Source of the DNA: Tubiluchus corallicola
Lineage: Eukaryota; Animalia; Priapulida
Length of the DNA stretch: 64,000 bases
Direction of reading: 5' to 3'
Assembly (NCBI GenBank): GCA_030141605.1
Contig: JAQGDQ010000712.1
Coordinates: 1-64,000 of the forward strand
Under the pieces are notes generated by a model. That model did no database searches. It saw only the letters and a list, made by a program, of their open reading frames with translations, and was not told the DNA's origin. Position numbers and translations under genes: made by a program. Each line of letters starts with the position of its first letter. Position 1 is the stretch's first letter. This document shows positions 24,801-39,700 of the stretch, piece after piece.

Positions 24801-27800
24801 GCCATTATGCTCTGTTTAAACAGTGCTCGTTGCATCACCTATTGGAAATATGTGGAAATATGAACATCAAAGAAAATTGTTTCTATAAATATTAAATTTA
24901 TGACTGTGTTTTTGTTAAGGTTGTTGACATTGCCCCTGCTGTAATGGAAAGTTTTTATCGGGCAGTAATTGAGAGTGTCTTAGCAACATACAGGCCCACT
25001 ATTTGATATAGCACTACCATGCAGGGAGATCATAATGCTCTTGATCAGGTTGTTAAAACCTCTTCAAAAATTATAGGAATTGAACAGCAACCTATGGCAC
25101 ATTTGTACGAAATGAGGGCCACTAAGAGAATGCAAGTTATCATTAGCAACGAATGTCATCCTGGTAATAAATTTTTTGAAGTGCTTCCCTCTGGCCATAG
25201 ATACCGTTCACTTAACGCTAAAACCACAACGACTTTAAATTCTTTCTATCCTGTTTCAGTAAATTTGCAATATTCTCTGTATCACCGTATACAGAGCTTA
25301 TTACACAGTTTACACAGTATTACACGTATTACAGAGTATTTACAGTTTATTATCACTTAAGCGACGATTAATCAAATTTATTTACGTTAATTTTATTTTG
25401 TTGTAGTACGTAAAACCACACATATTTCATTATATGTGTAATAATGTAATTTGTAATAATATTTTATTGCACCACGTATGGCAATCTAAAATGCACACGT
25501 AAATGAATCTAAAATAGTTTAACGAGTATATGTACAATAAATGAGAATGTTTGACTCTAATTGGCAAGAATAACAGGTCTTGAATTGATTGGCAGCGTGT
25601 TCACTAGTAGGGAAGAGTACTAGTATTTCCATTACATGTCAAGTGATGGTATCTACCAGCTTTTGAGTTGCAAAGCTTACATATACAGTTTGTTTTGAAT
25701 CAAAGCACTGGTTGCAGCAGATTATATTGTGGAACCCATGAATTGCATGTCTTGTCATGGCTTTCCATTGATTTTGAGTCGTTGCCAGCCCTACTGAGTC
25801 TGCCTTATCTTCGACGTTTTCTAAATATTTATAGAATTCTTGAGTTTGGAGTACTTTTAAGCATTTATAAATTTAAATGCTGATCCTTTCTGTATTATAC
25901 ATTAAAAAACTTTTCGTGTTTGACATATTAACTGATAGGCCCAATTATAATAATATAATGACAACTTACTTACTTTTTACTTAGGTCTTGCTGCTCAGAG
26001 AGGGTCACTACATTATCTGTTGGACTGGGTGGACATGGCCCTCTGTGCCTCCACATCACATACTGACACCAGTGATCAGGCTGGCTGCATATCCTATCAG
26101 TATTACAACAACATGCTACAGCAGATGAAAAAATCAGCAGTAAATCAATGTTTATTTATTTTTCATTCATTCTGTCATTTTTTCATTTATTTGTTTGTTT
26201 GTTATTTATTATGTATTCGTACATAGAAAAAATACTTTAATACATCACTGTTACACAGTACATTAGTAATATTTACAAATATAATTAGTTACATATTTAC
26301 GATACAACTGAAAAAACAAAACAATAAAGAGATAGAAATGACAGTTATTAACTTCAAAAAATTATACTCAAAAATGCAAAATTGTACTTGAAAATGTGCT
26401 TTTGTTCACTCATTCATTTGTTTGCTTTTTGTAATGCGTTATTTATACCTTTATTTGCTTATATGTTTGGCATTTTCCAGATGTAACAGCAATCTCAGTG
26501 GCACGTTACTGTCTTCCTCCCAGACAGCAGATCACATTTAAACTTTTGTTAATTGCTTTTGTATGAAATTATTTTTCCCAGATGCTTTTTAAGATCTAAA
26601 TAAATGACATTATCTTTTTTATCGTAGTTCGTTTTTTGCTTACTTGTTTACCAACTTGTGTGTTTTGTTTTTATCTGTTTGGCTGATTGGTTGGTTGTTA
26701 TTTATTTATTTGCATGTTTGTTTGTTTATTTTTAAAAGGGTGTGCTTTCTATATTCTAAGATACCAGTTAATAAAGTACTATTGATTATTACATCCTAGG
26801 GACTAGAAAATTATGTGAGGTTGTTTAGTCAACATTGGTAACAACTTAAAATTGAATTGAAACTTGTGTTTCTATGATTTTCATGCTAAAATTCTCCTTT
26901 AAATTGGTGTTTATCGAAAATCTTTTACTGCTACAATAAATTGTGTTTATGTATTACAGGGTGGCATGAACGGGCGAGGTGGAGTGTTCACTGTGCAACA
27001 AGACGACCGTGGACTTACACGTCTTTATCAAGCTGCCATGTGCCTAATGGAGGAAGTAAGTTGTTTTCATCAATTATTATTATTTTGCCAAAGTTTCACA
27101 AAAGAACTGTTCAACGCATAGCTAGTTATTAATTCAGTTAAAATAGAAAAATCATATTTGCTCATCATATTCAATTTTTGTGACACTTATATGTTGTCTG
27201 AGAAGTGTTAGAGTTACGTTACAGCTAGCAGAGAAGAGTTAGCAGTAATACTTTATAAAAAATGTAAATTTAAACTCCTGTGATAACTTTTAGGAGCAGC
27301 CATTTTGATGATAAGTCGTTAGAAACAAGTTTAGCTAACATTGCGTAAAGCTTAAAAAAGTAATCCGAGCATTCGTAGCACTTCCTTCGCTAACAAAGCA
27401 AAAGTTTAAATTACTTTATCTGGTCGGTAAGACTAAAAACAGATTTTTTAGTGAGTCAGTGATGCACCCTGGGATAATAATAATAATAATTCAATTCAAC
27501 TCGATTTTATTTTCTCAATAGCAGTTAAAATTCAACGTAATTATTTTTACATTTCATTGCAACTGAGGAGGAGCAGCGAAAGACCTATTGGTCACTTAAT
27601 CAGCTGCCCCTTATTAAAAAAACAAGTTTACTTACAGGCTCATGACATTTTTTAGGTGTTTTTATATATACGCATACATATATAGACATTATAGTATTAA
27701 AAATAAATTTGGTATTAAATTAATTACTAAGTAGCAGAAATGTATATTTAATCTAGTCAAATTTTTAAAGGGCGGTAAATTAGTAAGCGAGAAATTCTTG

Positions 27801-30800
27801 AGAATTGAATACGAGGTTTTATTGTAAATAATAATAATAGTTATACTTATGGTAAAAAAATAAATTTATGGTAAAACAGATACAGTAATGTAAAGATGCA
27901 ATACAAAAAATCAATAAATGTATCTCATATCAAATGAAAGCAAAAAACAAATTAAATTCTTCAAGGTAATCAAAACTTATCAAATAATTAAAGGATTATG
28001 TCAAGCAAAACGCAATTTAACGCAATGTAAAAAAAAGTTATCACAAGCAAAGCAAAAACGGAATTCAACTTAAAGCAAAAAAATCAGGCAAAAGCAACAA
28101 AAATCAACTCAAAGTAGAAATGCAATTCATGGGATAACAAAGCAACATCAAGCAAAAAATTAACGAAATTCATTGTAGAGCAAAAAATAATATCAAACAA
28201 AAACATAATAATAATCATTATTTAAAGTTGGCTTTTTTTAATGAACAATTAACATAAGCTCCAAAGAGCTTTTGGGCCAACTGTAAATAATGATCTACAA
28301 CTACATAGCAGAGACTATTATTACCCCACTTTTACCCTATATACCATGCACCAGACGGGGCAACAGTAAATACCATTTTTAAAGTCTTGGTATGACATAG
28401 CCACTGTATGACACATCTATGCGGAAAGTAGGCGTGTTGCCACTTGACTAAAACATCTGGTCACACTGAATGGATGGTGAATCATTGACATTTTATCAAT
28501 GGGCATGAACATTTAAATTATTAAACATTTTTTTTCAATTGTGTAAATCTTTCAAGCAGATAAGCATGGTGCTAAGTAATATAACTTTGCATGAAAAGTT
28601 TTTTGGGACATATTTATGAGACTGACTATTTAATAGTAGGTTAACTCATAATGTTATATCGTATTTTTCAGGTAACTAAACTAGCAGCTGAATATGCTAG
28701 GTCGTGCTCTTGTGCTGATGAAAATAGGAACAACATCATGGATGGCAGTGGCAGTGCTCAGATTGTCGTTGACGGCAGCGACGTCTACGTTTGGGGCAGC
28801 AACAGCAGTCATCAGCTGGCGGAGGGTACTCAAGACAAAATACTGCAGCCCAAGTTGGCAGTTAGTTTCACCGGTGCTCACCAAGTGCGTTTCTATTGTC
28901 CAGACGTGTTGTAAATGTTGATGTGATATTAGCAATGTGTTGTTTATTTGGATTTTCAAATCATTGGTCTGAAAATTCTCTTGGATGTTCCCAGACTCAG
29001 AATGACAACTTATAAATTATTTTTCTTTTCCTTCTTACCTATGGAATTCTTTAACAGAAAATTGATTGCCTTAACCACTTCAAGCAAATGTTAGCTGACA
29101 CTTGCCATCGCTTCACCTGCAAATTATTTATAAGAATTCCATTTTTCTGGACTCCTATTATTCGTATTTTCAGGGCCAAAATTTCGGCTCGAGTCCTCAA
29201 ATCCATTATCATTTATTACGTAGAAAATGCTGAAAATTGCATGTCTTGAGTGTTAACACTTTGACAATGTTCACTCGTTTTATCTCAAGGTTTTGCCCCA
29301 ACCTTTATGTTGTAAGTCATTTATATGTGTAAAACCAAACATTCTTTATACCCCATCTTCTTTAATAATCCAGTATAAAAGAATAACAAACTTCATAACA
29401 CCAGATATAATAAATACTGCATAACTTATTGTAGAACCATTGTAGCAAAATTCATCAAGCATGCTGGCCCTACTCTTTGGAATAAAATCCCAACAGAAAT
29501 TAAAAAGCTCATTATCTCAATAGAAATTCAGAAAATTTAATAGAAAATTAAAAAAAGAAATTCAAATATAATTGATTTTCAAATTGCAAATGACAAACAA
29601 TATTTTGTAAAACATTCTGCAAGCAATCTTGAGTGACAGCGTCCCAAACAAGACAAAATTAAAAAAGTTTAAAAAAGTTAAGTTTAAATAAGCATAAAGT
29701 TATCATATGACTTAGTTTACTTTTGTATAGCATTACAGAGGATAGTTTTAGTTCTACTAACCTATCCTACCTATTCTCCCCTTCAACTTCCCTGTAATTA
29801 CTAACATTTCTGATGTTTTGTGTGCCTAACTCTTTCCACTCCTCTGTCAGAATGTACAAGATCCTCTTCGATTCTGGCAGCCAAACGAAATAATATTAGT
29901 TACTTTGTGTATTTCTTGTGTAGAATTTGAGCATTGTATGTTAAATTTTATTGTGGAAAAATGAAGTACTTACATTAAATTTCCTTACAGTTAATTTTAA
30001 TGTGATTGGTTAGGTGGAAGCCGGTCAGTACTGCACATTTCTCATCTCTGTCGATGGAACGGTCAGCGCGTGCGGAAAGGGAAGCTACGGACGATTGGGA
30101 CTGGGTGACTCCAACAATCAGAACATGCCGAAGAAGCTAGCCTTTGAGCCTGTTCGCTTAATCAGAAAAATCTCATCTAGTAAAGGTTCGGACGGGCATA
30201 CGCTAGCGTTATCGACGGAGGGAGAGGTGTTCAGTTGGGGAGATGGTGAGTCAGCATTACATCACCAAGTATTTCTATTTCTGGCTGGTGTCAATTTTGA
30301 TATTATGAAAGGAATATTGTTGTTTGCCCATCTGTCATTATTATATTTTACCTTTCTGCTAATTTATTATCTTATTTTAGAGGATTTTTCTTAATAACTA
30401 GCTGGTTTCAGTCCTGCTACAACATCAGCATAACAAGCATGCCCTGTAATTGAGCATGGAATCTCTGCTGCAACATCGACTGCTAAGAATTATGTAAAAA
30501 TCGTGGAGTTACGTTGTTAAAAGCTAAAAGTTACAAACAACAAGCATTCTGTCATTTAAGTGAAATATTCTATATTCCTTAAATTAGAGGGGTACCTTCA
30601 GACATAAAGAAGCTTTGGTATCTTTGTACTGAGAAATGATTGTTAAAAAGCACAGGAAGCCTTCAAAAGTAATAATTTGAAATGTGTTATAAAATTTAAT
30701 GCAACATTTTTCTTTACTCTACAGGTGATTATGGCAAACTGGGCCATGGTAACAGCTCAACACACAAGTATCCACGGCTAGTTCATGGTGCTTTGCAAGG

Positions 30801-33716
30801 AAAGGTAGAATTATGTGTTATTTGTAAAATATCATTATAAGTTACTTCTTGAACCAAGCGTGATGATCCTAAATTACTCTCAGACTGAAGTGGAGTCTAC
30901 CTGGATCCTGGAGTGTGTATGCATTATCCACCTGCCTAATAGTTGTGGAATCAAAATTAATAGGAAATAGCTGCAGCAAAAAATAACGCATAATGCAAGT
31001 CTGATAAACGGATGCGTTGAAAATAACATAACCAATTTTATCTGTTCCGCATCTGCATTCCCAGATGCTAGGTAAATGCCAATATACGCTTGTCTTTTAT
31101 TGCATATAATAATTCATAAAATGACCAAGTATTTCATGAATCTCTTAGTAGCATTTTGCAAATATCAGTACAAAAATTTTGCTATAGATGCAACATTATG
31201 TTGTTTTATGTTCACGTCATGCATACCGTTTGCACTGTACTGCTTTATTTACGACTATAATTGTATGTTTTTTACTTTTTCTGCACAGTTTGTGAAATGC
31301 ATCTCAGCTGGATACAGGCACAGTGCAGCAGTCACGGATGAGGGAGAGCTCTATACCTGGGGAGAAGGAGATTATGGCAGATTAGGTATATAGTTAAAAG
31401 CTTATTTGAGCATCTGAGGAGTAGCTCAATCAACTGCGTGCTCACTTTCTTTGCGAGAGGTTATGTATTTTGATTCTGAAACCCTGTACCAAAGATTGTG
31501 AAAACTGCAGTGATTCTTCTAAACATGCGGGATTGTTAAAACAAGAACAAAGTGATAAGAATTGCTGTTGTTGTTGCCGATCTTGTTGGCACCATTTTCA
31601 GTGGGAAATGGTGGTGTAAGTGTAAGAATGTGGCGGTAGTGAGGGCAGCACTGATCTGCACTGACCTGTGCTCATATTAATGTGTAATTATTTTTATTTT
31701 TGTTTATTTCATTCCAGACATTTGAAGTCCATAAAACAAGAATAAAATTAAGGCACAATTAAAATCCAGTGTCGTAGCAAATCCTTGTGGAGCCAGTGCA
31801 AAAAAAACTTCTGGCACCCTACCATTTTAATATTTTGATTAGTAAATTTCGTGGGTGAAGCCATAAATCGTACGCGTTTTTTGTGTCCCAGAACCGTACT
31901 TTCTTTTTCCGTCATGTTGGGATAAAGTTAAACGATTTTTTTCAAGAATCACAGAGTTTGATGTGCAGTACTGCACCATAGTAACTCTTCTATGCATTGG
32001 TCTGAGAAAGTTGCTAATATTACGAAACAGTCATCAAACATGCCATTAAATAACAATATTAGCTTGTTTGTAGGCTGTACGTAGTAATTAAGTCAGATGA
32101 TGTCTGACATCGATGATATCTGACTAGGCAATTTAGCTGTACTTTGAAAACTTTTGTTAATATTTAATGTCGGATTAGTAATTAAGAAGTAACAGTCGTT
32201 AAAATCTAGAAGAATTTTGTACCCTCTTACCCTTGCACCCTACATGATTCCCCGCTGTCACCTCCCCTTTACCATGCCGCTGTTAAAAATGTACAGAATT
32301 AGCTTACGGAAATGGTAGTAAGCTTATTTGCAAGAAAATGTTACTTAGAATATGTATATAAGATTCTTTGTCACGACTTAAAAATGTTTGATCTAAAAAT
32401 TGTACAGCAAGTTATTAATAACGGTATTCTAACTTAAAAAACAGCCTAGTTCTGAGACTAAATACCGCTTTTCTAGCTTTTCTACTTATGCAGCAAAAAA
32501 CTAGGTACATTGTAGTTAACATACATTAGACTTGCACTACAGCAGCTTGGAAGATTAGAGTCCTCTAATGGCATTATTATAGATGACACGCATTCTTTCA
32601 ATATTTCCTTTGTTGTGTTTAAACCAGAGACTACTGCAATAAACTGTGTACAAAATGCTGCAAAAAGTCTTCCCTTAACATCAACAGAACGGTTTCTAAA
32701 CCTAATAACACAGTTGGCTCTTGCACATAATAAACCACATTAATGCTTAATATCAAAATCATCGTGTAATGCGTTGGTCAAGATATGACCTAAATATTTC
32801 TGGTCATTAACAATCTTAACAGCAGAACCATTAAGAACCTCGCTAGATCATAAGATATATGAATGTAAATGTACATTCATATTTTTTGCATTTCAGTTGT
32901 CTTTTGCTAAGAACTTGAGACCTAGTGGAATCTATTATAATTCTTACACCTTTTTATAGTTTTTTTTAATAAAAATGCCATTTTGTGATGTGGTAACTGT
33001 CACTGCAAGTATTGGCTTTTGACCTTTAAAGCTTTACCTTTAACCTGTTAACCAGTGACATTTATCATTCAGGTCACGGAGACAGTAACAGTAAGAATTT
33101 CCCAACCCTAGTCAAGGATATCAGTAACGTTGGGCAAGTCTGTTGTGGCAGCTCTCATACGATTGCCGTATCCCAGGACGGAAGGACAGTCTGGTCATTT
33201 GGTGCTGGTGATAATGGTATGTGACGTGGTTCATGTGAAGCAGCTCACTTTTTAATATCCGCTATGTTTTGTACCAGCTGTACAATTTTGATTGACTTAA
33301 TTTCTTCTTTAGGATATGATGATGGCAGCAGTGGTGGTGATGATGATGATGATGAAATTAGAAAACAGTCTTTCATGAAAAGTAACATATTTCAAGTGCT
33401 GTATGATATGTTAGAGCAAAAAACTGCACATTGCACATTATGCACATTTTTGTTTATTTGTCTATAGGTAAACTTGGACATGGTGATACTAACCGCGTTT
33501 ACAAACCCAAAGTCGTAGAGTCATTCATTGGCCTTTTTATACGAAAAGTCGCATGCGGCAATCAGTCTTCACTGGCGATGACATCTAGTGGGCAGGTGAG
33601 CAACTTTTATTATTATTTAAGTTGTTTTATTTTTATTTTGGCACAGCTGAGAAAACTATTTCTCTCTGACCTGTGTTCACGATGTTTAAACTTTGTCAAG
33701 ATACACATACGAGGTA

Positions 33717-33766
<50 letters not shown>

Positions 33767-36700
33767 ATCATTTTGTTTCAAAAGTATTTTACATATGTAT
33801 TTCATTAAAAAAGTGTTATCACTTAAGATTAACAGTAACGACAGTAACGAAACAAGCACAACGATAGTAAAAAAGATTAACCCGCCTAATCAATAAGCCA
33901 GTCATACCAATACCAGTTATACATAATATTTTGATTGTTTTTAGCCATGACTATGAAGTAAATGTAGAGGATTCCGACTTTATAATATTAATTTTATTAA
34001 TCGCAGAACCATTAAAAGTTATTTACTAGCTATTGCGTCAATTTTCTTTTATCAGACAGGAATCGTTCTCTAACGTGTTACTTTTCTCCTCATGATGTAT
34101 ATATGATATGCTCTCCTTAAGTGTATATATTATTGTGCTTTTAGGTTTATTCTTGGGGAACAGGGGCATGTCTCGGGTGTGGCAGCGCTGAGTCAACCGC
34201 CCTGCGACCTCACCTAGTCGACGACCTTGCTCAGATTAGAATAGTCGACATAGCTTGTGGAGATAGCCACTGTGTGGCACTAAGCCACGGTAGGTCAGAC
34301 ACAAATATTTCGTAAAAACAGTTCTTGAATGTAGTGACAGATACTCTAAGAAAATTATAAGTGTGCTGATATGTACTGATAGTGAATAAAACATGTCTAA
34401 TGCCAGTTATGAACATATGTGTCACATTATATACTTTACTATAGACAGAAACGTCTGGCACTGTTTCTAAAATGTGTATGACTAGCATCCATGGATTGGC
34501 CTAATGTTGCTTGGTAGTTTGCAGTTTTATTACTTATTTTGATCTGCTTTAATGTTATGTTACCCAGTTCGGTGATAAGCAATGACTCTTTCGAGACAAT
34601 GCGCAAAAAATAGTGTTACTTAAAACAGTTAACCACAATCTGTGGTTTAGTGTAGTCAAAACTGACAAAACGTTCAACGTAAACTGTAAAAAGTTTGAGA
34701 ACAAAGGAAACCACTCTGTAATGTCGGTGACCATTACAAGACTCAGCCCAAGGTCAGTGTAAACACACTTATTTCTGGCATGCCGGCGTACTGACATGCA
34801 AACACAATTGCCTGCAGTCGTCCACAATAAATCTTTTACCTTTGTTATGAATAATTTGTTATCTGGCAAGGAAAACACTCAAAAACACTTTTGTGCATTC
34901 TTGTAAAAAAACAAGATCTTTTTTAAAATACCTAAAATGTTTATAATTAAATGGTGTGCATGACTTTTTTATACTAATTTTATGAAAGGATTTCAGATAT
35001 GCTAACAGAAAAATGTTACTTATGGAATTGATGTTGTTTTGAGCTTTTAACTTTTGATTTGTTTCTCTTTAGACAACGAGGTTTATGCTTGGGGAAACAA
35101 TGCAATGGGTCAGTGTGGGCAGGGCCACGGTACTAGTCCAATAACACGCCCTGTCAAGGTTCTTGGTCTTGAAGGTGCCCCGATACATCAAATTTCTGCT
35201 GGGACATCTCACACAGTCGCTTGGACTTCCTTACCTACAGACAGGTACTCGAAAATTAAGAAACTCGGTTATAAAGCACTTTGTAGTACACAATTTGAAT
35301 ATTTCGTAAAATCTTTCCGGTTTTTTTAGGCAAGTGGTCGCTTGGCATCGTCCGTTTTGCGTTGACCTGCAGGTAGCCACATTCTCCATCTTGCGGTCCT
35401 TCTTAGAGCGATATTGTGAAGGTTTTGATGGACCCTCTCCTCCTCCGCCTTTTCCACGTCAAAGGTATTTGTTGCAATTCTTCATGCAGCTTTATTTTAC
35501 TCACCTGCCATCTTTATTGTATCATTTAACTTTTTGTAGTTTATCTGCTTTCCTAGTTCAGCATTACAGTCCTTTTAAGTGTTCTGAAATAATGCTAAAT
35601 TTCGCTTAATTTTTATTTGAAATGTACTAAAACTTGGCATATTTTAAGGTTATTCAAATTCCAAATTTACCGCTGTGCTCACGCATGAGTTGCCGAATGT
35701 GTGTAGTTATTCACAAACCAGCACATCTGTGCTGAGAGGTACAGCACCTGCTGTTTGTGCAATGTGTTTCTGAAATGCTGGCGCTACTGCCCGTATAACT
35801 AGCTAATGACGAAATGCATGTAACAGCGAAAAACTAGTGACGCGAATGTGAAATCGTGTTTGTGTGGTAATAATTCTTTCACGTAAGTCATTTTTGAAAA
35901 AATAGTGCATTTTTTTCAATATTTCAATTGTTTTTACTTGAAGTTTAAGAGAGAGAGAGACCTCTTTTGCATTAATGTGGCATGCTCCATTACAAATGTG
36001 CACCATTCACTATTGCTGTAAAATAAAATGTAATTCTTTTGGAAATATAGAAACGTATAGAACTCCTGCAATATTTTTCTGAAATGCTCGCCCATTACCA
36101 TGCTTTGTACTGCTCACGTTTATATATATTTTTCAGTGATCACCCCGGTTGCATTACTGAGCCTAAAACTGCTGTGTACCAATCTAACTAATATTTCCCG
36201 TCCTTAATTATACTTTCAGTGATCATCACCAGTTTGTGCTACTGTGTCTAAAACTGTTGTGTACCCATCTATCACTTGCTTTGGCGGGGGATGTCGCTTC
36301 CACCATGTTGGGTAATCAGGCCCGTCCTCTGAGACACCTTCTGTTTCGCTTGATGGATATGAACACACCTGATTCTATACAAGTGGTACGATTTATAATT
36401 TTTGCTTTAACCTTTACCCGACCAAAGCGTTTTTGTATTACGATAAAGACTAAGTGGTGTAACAAATTATCCCATAAAAGTTTTTCTTAATATGTGTTAC
36501 TAACTAGATAGAATGACCAACTGGTGTGCTCCTGGTAGTATAAAATCAAATTCTGCAGCACGTTGGGATAGGCAGAGGGTGCCAAGCGTAAAGTGGAGTG
36601 GTCCACCATTACACTATATTGTCTGTGCCTCTTTTATCAAGTCTTGTCACAACTCTTCTAATAGGTTAATGAAGTTGTTTAATTCTGAGACATCCACTTC

Positions 36701-39700
36701 ATCTTGACTTGCTGCATTTTCTACAATTTTATCATCATCAGCTTAAAGCTCAGTCACCTGTATAGCAAAACTTCCTGCCATATTATTAAATGAAGACTGT
36801 CCACAAATATTATTTTCCTCAGCAGTTTGTTAGAAAAATCACTTTGCATAACAAATTGAAAAATATTTAATCACTACTAGTTTGGAAATTGTAAATGAAT
36901 ATAACAAACTGTGAACAAATATTGCTAGGTTAAACAAGAATTTTGCGTTAAAGAATTTTCTTAATTCATCTTGTAAACTGTGATATTTAGCGAATTTTTC
37001 TGAGGCCAAATATAAATAATATAAATAAATAAATAAAGATAACTGATATTGCTACTGGTAAAATAAATAAATAACTTTCATTTTGCTAAAAATTACTTAT
37101 TCAGATATTGTGCATGGTTAACGCCACTTAAAGTTAATTATTGTCAAATCCATGTGTTCAGTACTTTTTATTCTTTTGTGGCATGACAAAATAAAAGTAT
37201 TTATCACCCAGTAAAATTAATTTAATTGCCATTGATTGTGCAATGAGCGACAATATTTATAAAAAAGTTCCGGATGAAGTGGCAGGAGAATTAGACATAG
37301 ACATGTGTAACAACAGAATTAGCATTGTATCTAACGATATATTGTTATTGTTTCTGTAAGTTGTTTATTGTTATTTGATTTAGATGGTTAGTGAGACATT
37401 GTCTATCGGAGCGCCCCTCCTGCTTCCTCCACTCACAGAGAGGATGGAGTTATTGCATTCGCTGTTACCTCAGGGCCCTGATCGATGGGACAGCTTCTCT
37501 CGTGGACAGGTATGTCTTAGTAATAATCACACTACATCCAGAGTACAGTTTTGTAGTGACAACTTTTTACTAGAAACTTTAGAAACTCTACTGTTTAGTA
37601 ACATTTACATATTTGGCATCAAAAATTACCAGAACAGTTATCCTGTTCTGGTTTTGAATGTGTGCTGTAGACTTGCCCCAAAACTGCTGTTACTGATGTA
37701 AGATTCAGTATGATTTAAAGCCACCTGTGTCACCCTACTTTGGTTGCTGTGGGTGCTTGGGGGGCTCAGATGCATTCCAATGAACAGGCTCCAAGGTGAA
37801 GGTGTAAAGCCATATCAGCGTTACAATTTATACTTGCGGATCGAGTTGCGGAATTTTTCTCTTCTCTTCGTTAACTTCTATAATAATAACAGCTTTTTTT
37901 AAATTATCATTTTCTTTCAGCGCATGCAACTGGGCATCATTCTCACTAGCCTTCAGGACAATAACCATGTTGCATCGTTGCTGGGTTATTCGTCACCTGT
38001 CGATCATAGTGAACCCCATCTGAGCCGACTATCCCATCCGCAAGACACGCATTTGGCAGAAGTGCTGATGAAAACATTACTGAGAAATCTTGCTTTCCAC
38101 ACGGTAAATGCTATGTTCACACATCATTTCCTAAAAATTATTCATTTTGAGAAGATGAGTTCTTAATGCACAAATGTGCAATAACTGTTTTTAATAATTC
38201 AAGATAAGTTGAGATAAGATCTTTCTTTAAATTCAGTAGCTAGAAGGAGCCACAGACTCATTTACATCCAGTCAATGTACTGTATTATTACAAAATATAA
38301 ATAAACATAAAAAAATGCGAAACTATAAAACTGATATAAAACATTAAAACTGACAAACTATACGTGCTGTCACAAAATTATCCAAAAAAATAAATAAAAC
38401 GCTGAAAAGCTTTAAATATTAAAATATGTAAAATAGCTTTTGAAAAAAATCATTCAATTTAGAAATTGCAACTTCTTGTTTGATTGATAGGTTGATAGGT
38501 TTTTAGGTATTTTGCATTCCTGATTTGTGTCACATTACATTTTCTGCTTGTACTGACTGTGCAATGAATTTGATAAATTGCTTTAAACTGTGTCATTTCG
38601 CATGTTTAAGGTTGATGGTTGAACAAATATTATTATTAGACAAAAACACCTGAAGAGTTCTGAAGAGGCGATGGTTGCTCCATCTGTTAGTAAGAAAATT
38701 GCTAAACTTAAACCGCATGATTTCATTTTTAACAGATTTGTTTTTTCTTATTTAGGAGCAGTCGCTGAATGAACTGGAGAAGAATAACGACAAGGAGCAG
38801 ATTTTGTCGACATTTGAGGACGGTGCGCCTCCCGCCCACCTCCATGAGCTACTTTCTTCTCTTCAGAAACATCTCCTTGCTTTCTGCTACATGAACGCAG
38901 CGGATGAATACCTTGTACGGATGCTCACTTAGTGTTAAAAGGGCAAGGCGGCAGAGGGGAACAGGGGTTTACAAAAAAAAAGCAAAATTTTGAATAAAAT
39001 TACCAGGGAGAAGAGTGATAACTGAAAAATAACATCTTTTTTATTGTGTTCGTCTTAATTTCTAGATTTGAATGAGGAAGAGTTTCACTGACTCTTTATT
39101 GTAAGAATTTGTGTGCCAGCACTTTGTTTACTTGTTTATAACTTTTTGTTTCATACAGCATTATGATTGAAAACTTAATTTTACTATGTTTCACAGTATT
39201 CAGTTTTTTTGTTAATTAGCTCTCGCATTATCTCGCAGGAACTGCCAAGTATTGCTCTACTACACAAGCACCTTTCGCTCATGCTTCCACTGGCTGGAGA
39301 GGTTTTGGACCGGTCGGCACGCTTGGTCCTAGAGAGTGGAGGAAATGTCTCAGTGCGGGATAAATTGTGCGGTGAGTGATTAACATATTGGTAATCAGTT
39401 AATGTGCTACTTTTAATGTCAAAACATGCCAAAAAGTCCTGAGTTAGGTCATAGTCGCTTTATTACAGGTTATCTGAAAACAAAGAAATAGATTATAAGC
39501 ATTGTGCGGTGAGTGATTAACATATTGGTAATCAGTTAATGTGCTACTTTTAATGTCAAAACATGCCAAAAAGTCCTGAGTTAGGTCATAGTCGCTTTAT
39601 TACAGGTTATCTGAAAACAAAGAAATAGATTATAAGCAAATTTGCCAAGTTTAACATAAGATTTTAAAACTAATTAGGTTATTCGTAAAATTAAAGAGTA

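Noticed and set aside
25019-25360. 113-aa intronic ORF as a nested gene
   Set aside because: It is the C-terminal remnant of a Rex-Babar-like LINE ORF2.
33693-33896. Poly-Leu and poly-Ile ORFs suggesting signal or transmembrane peptides
   Set aside because: Translation of an intronic (TTA)n microsatellite.
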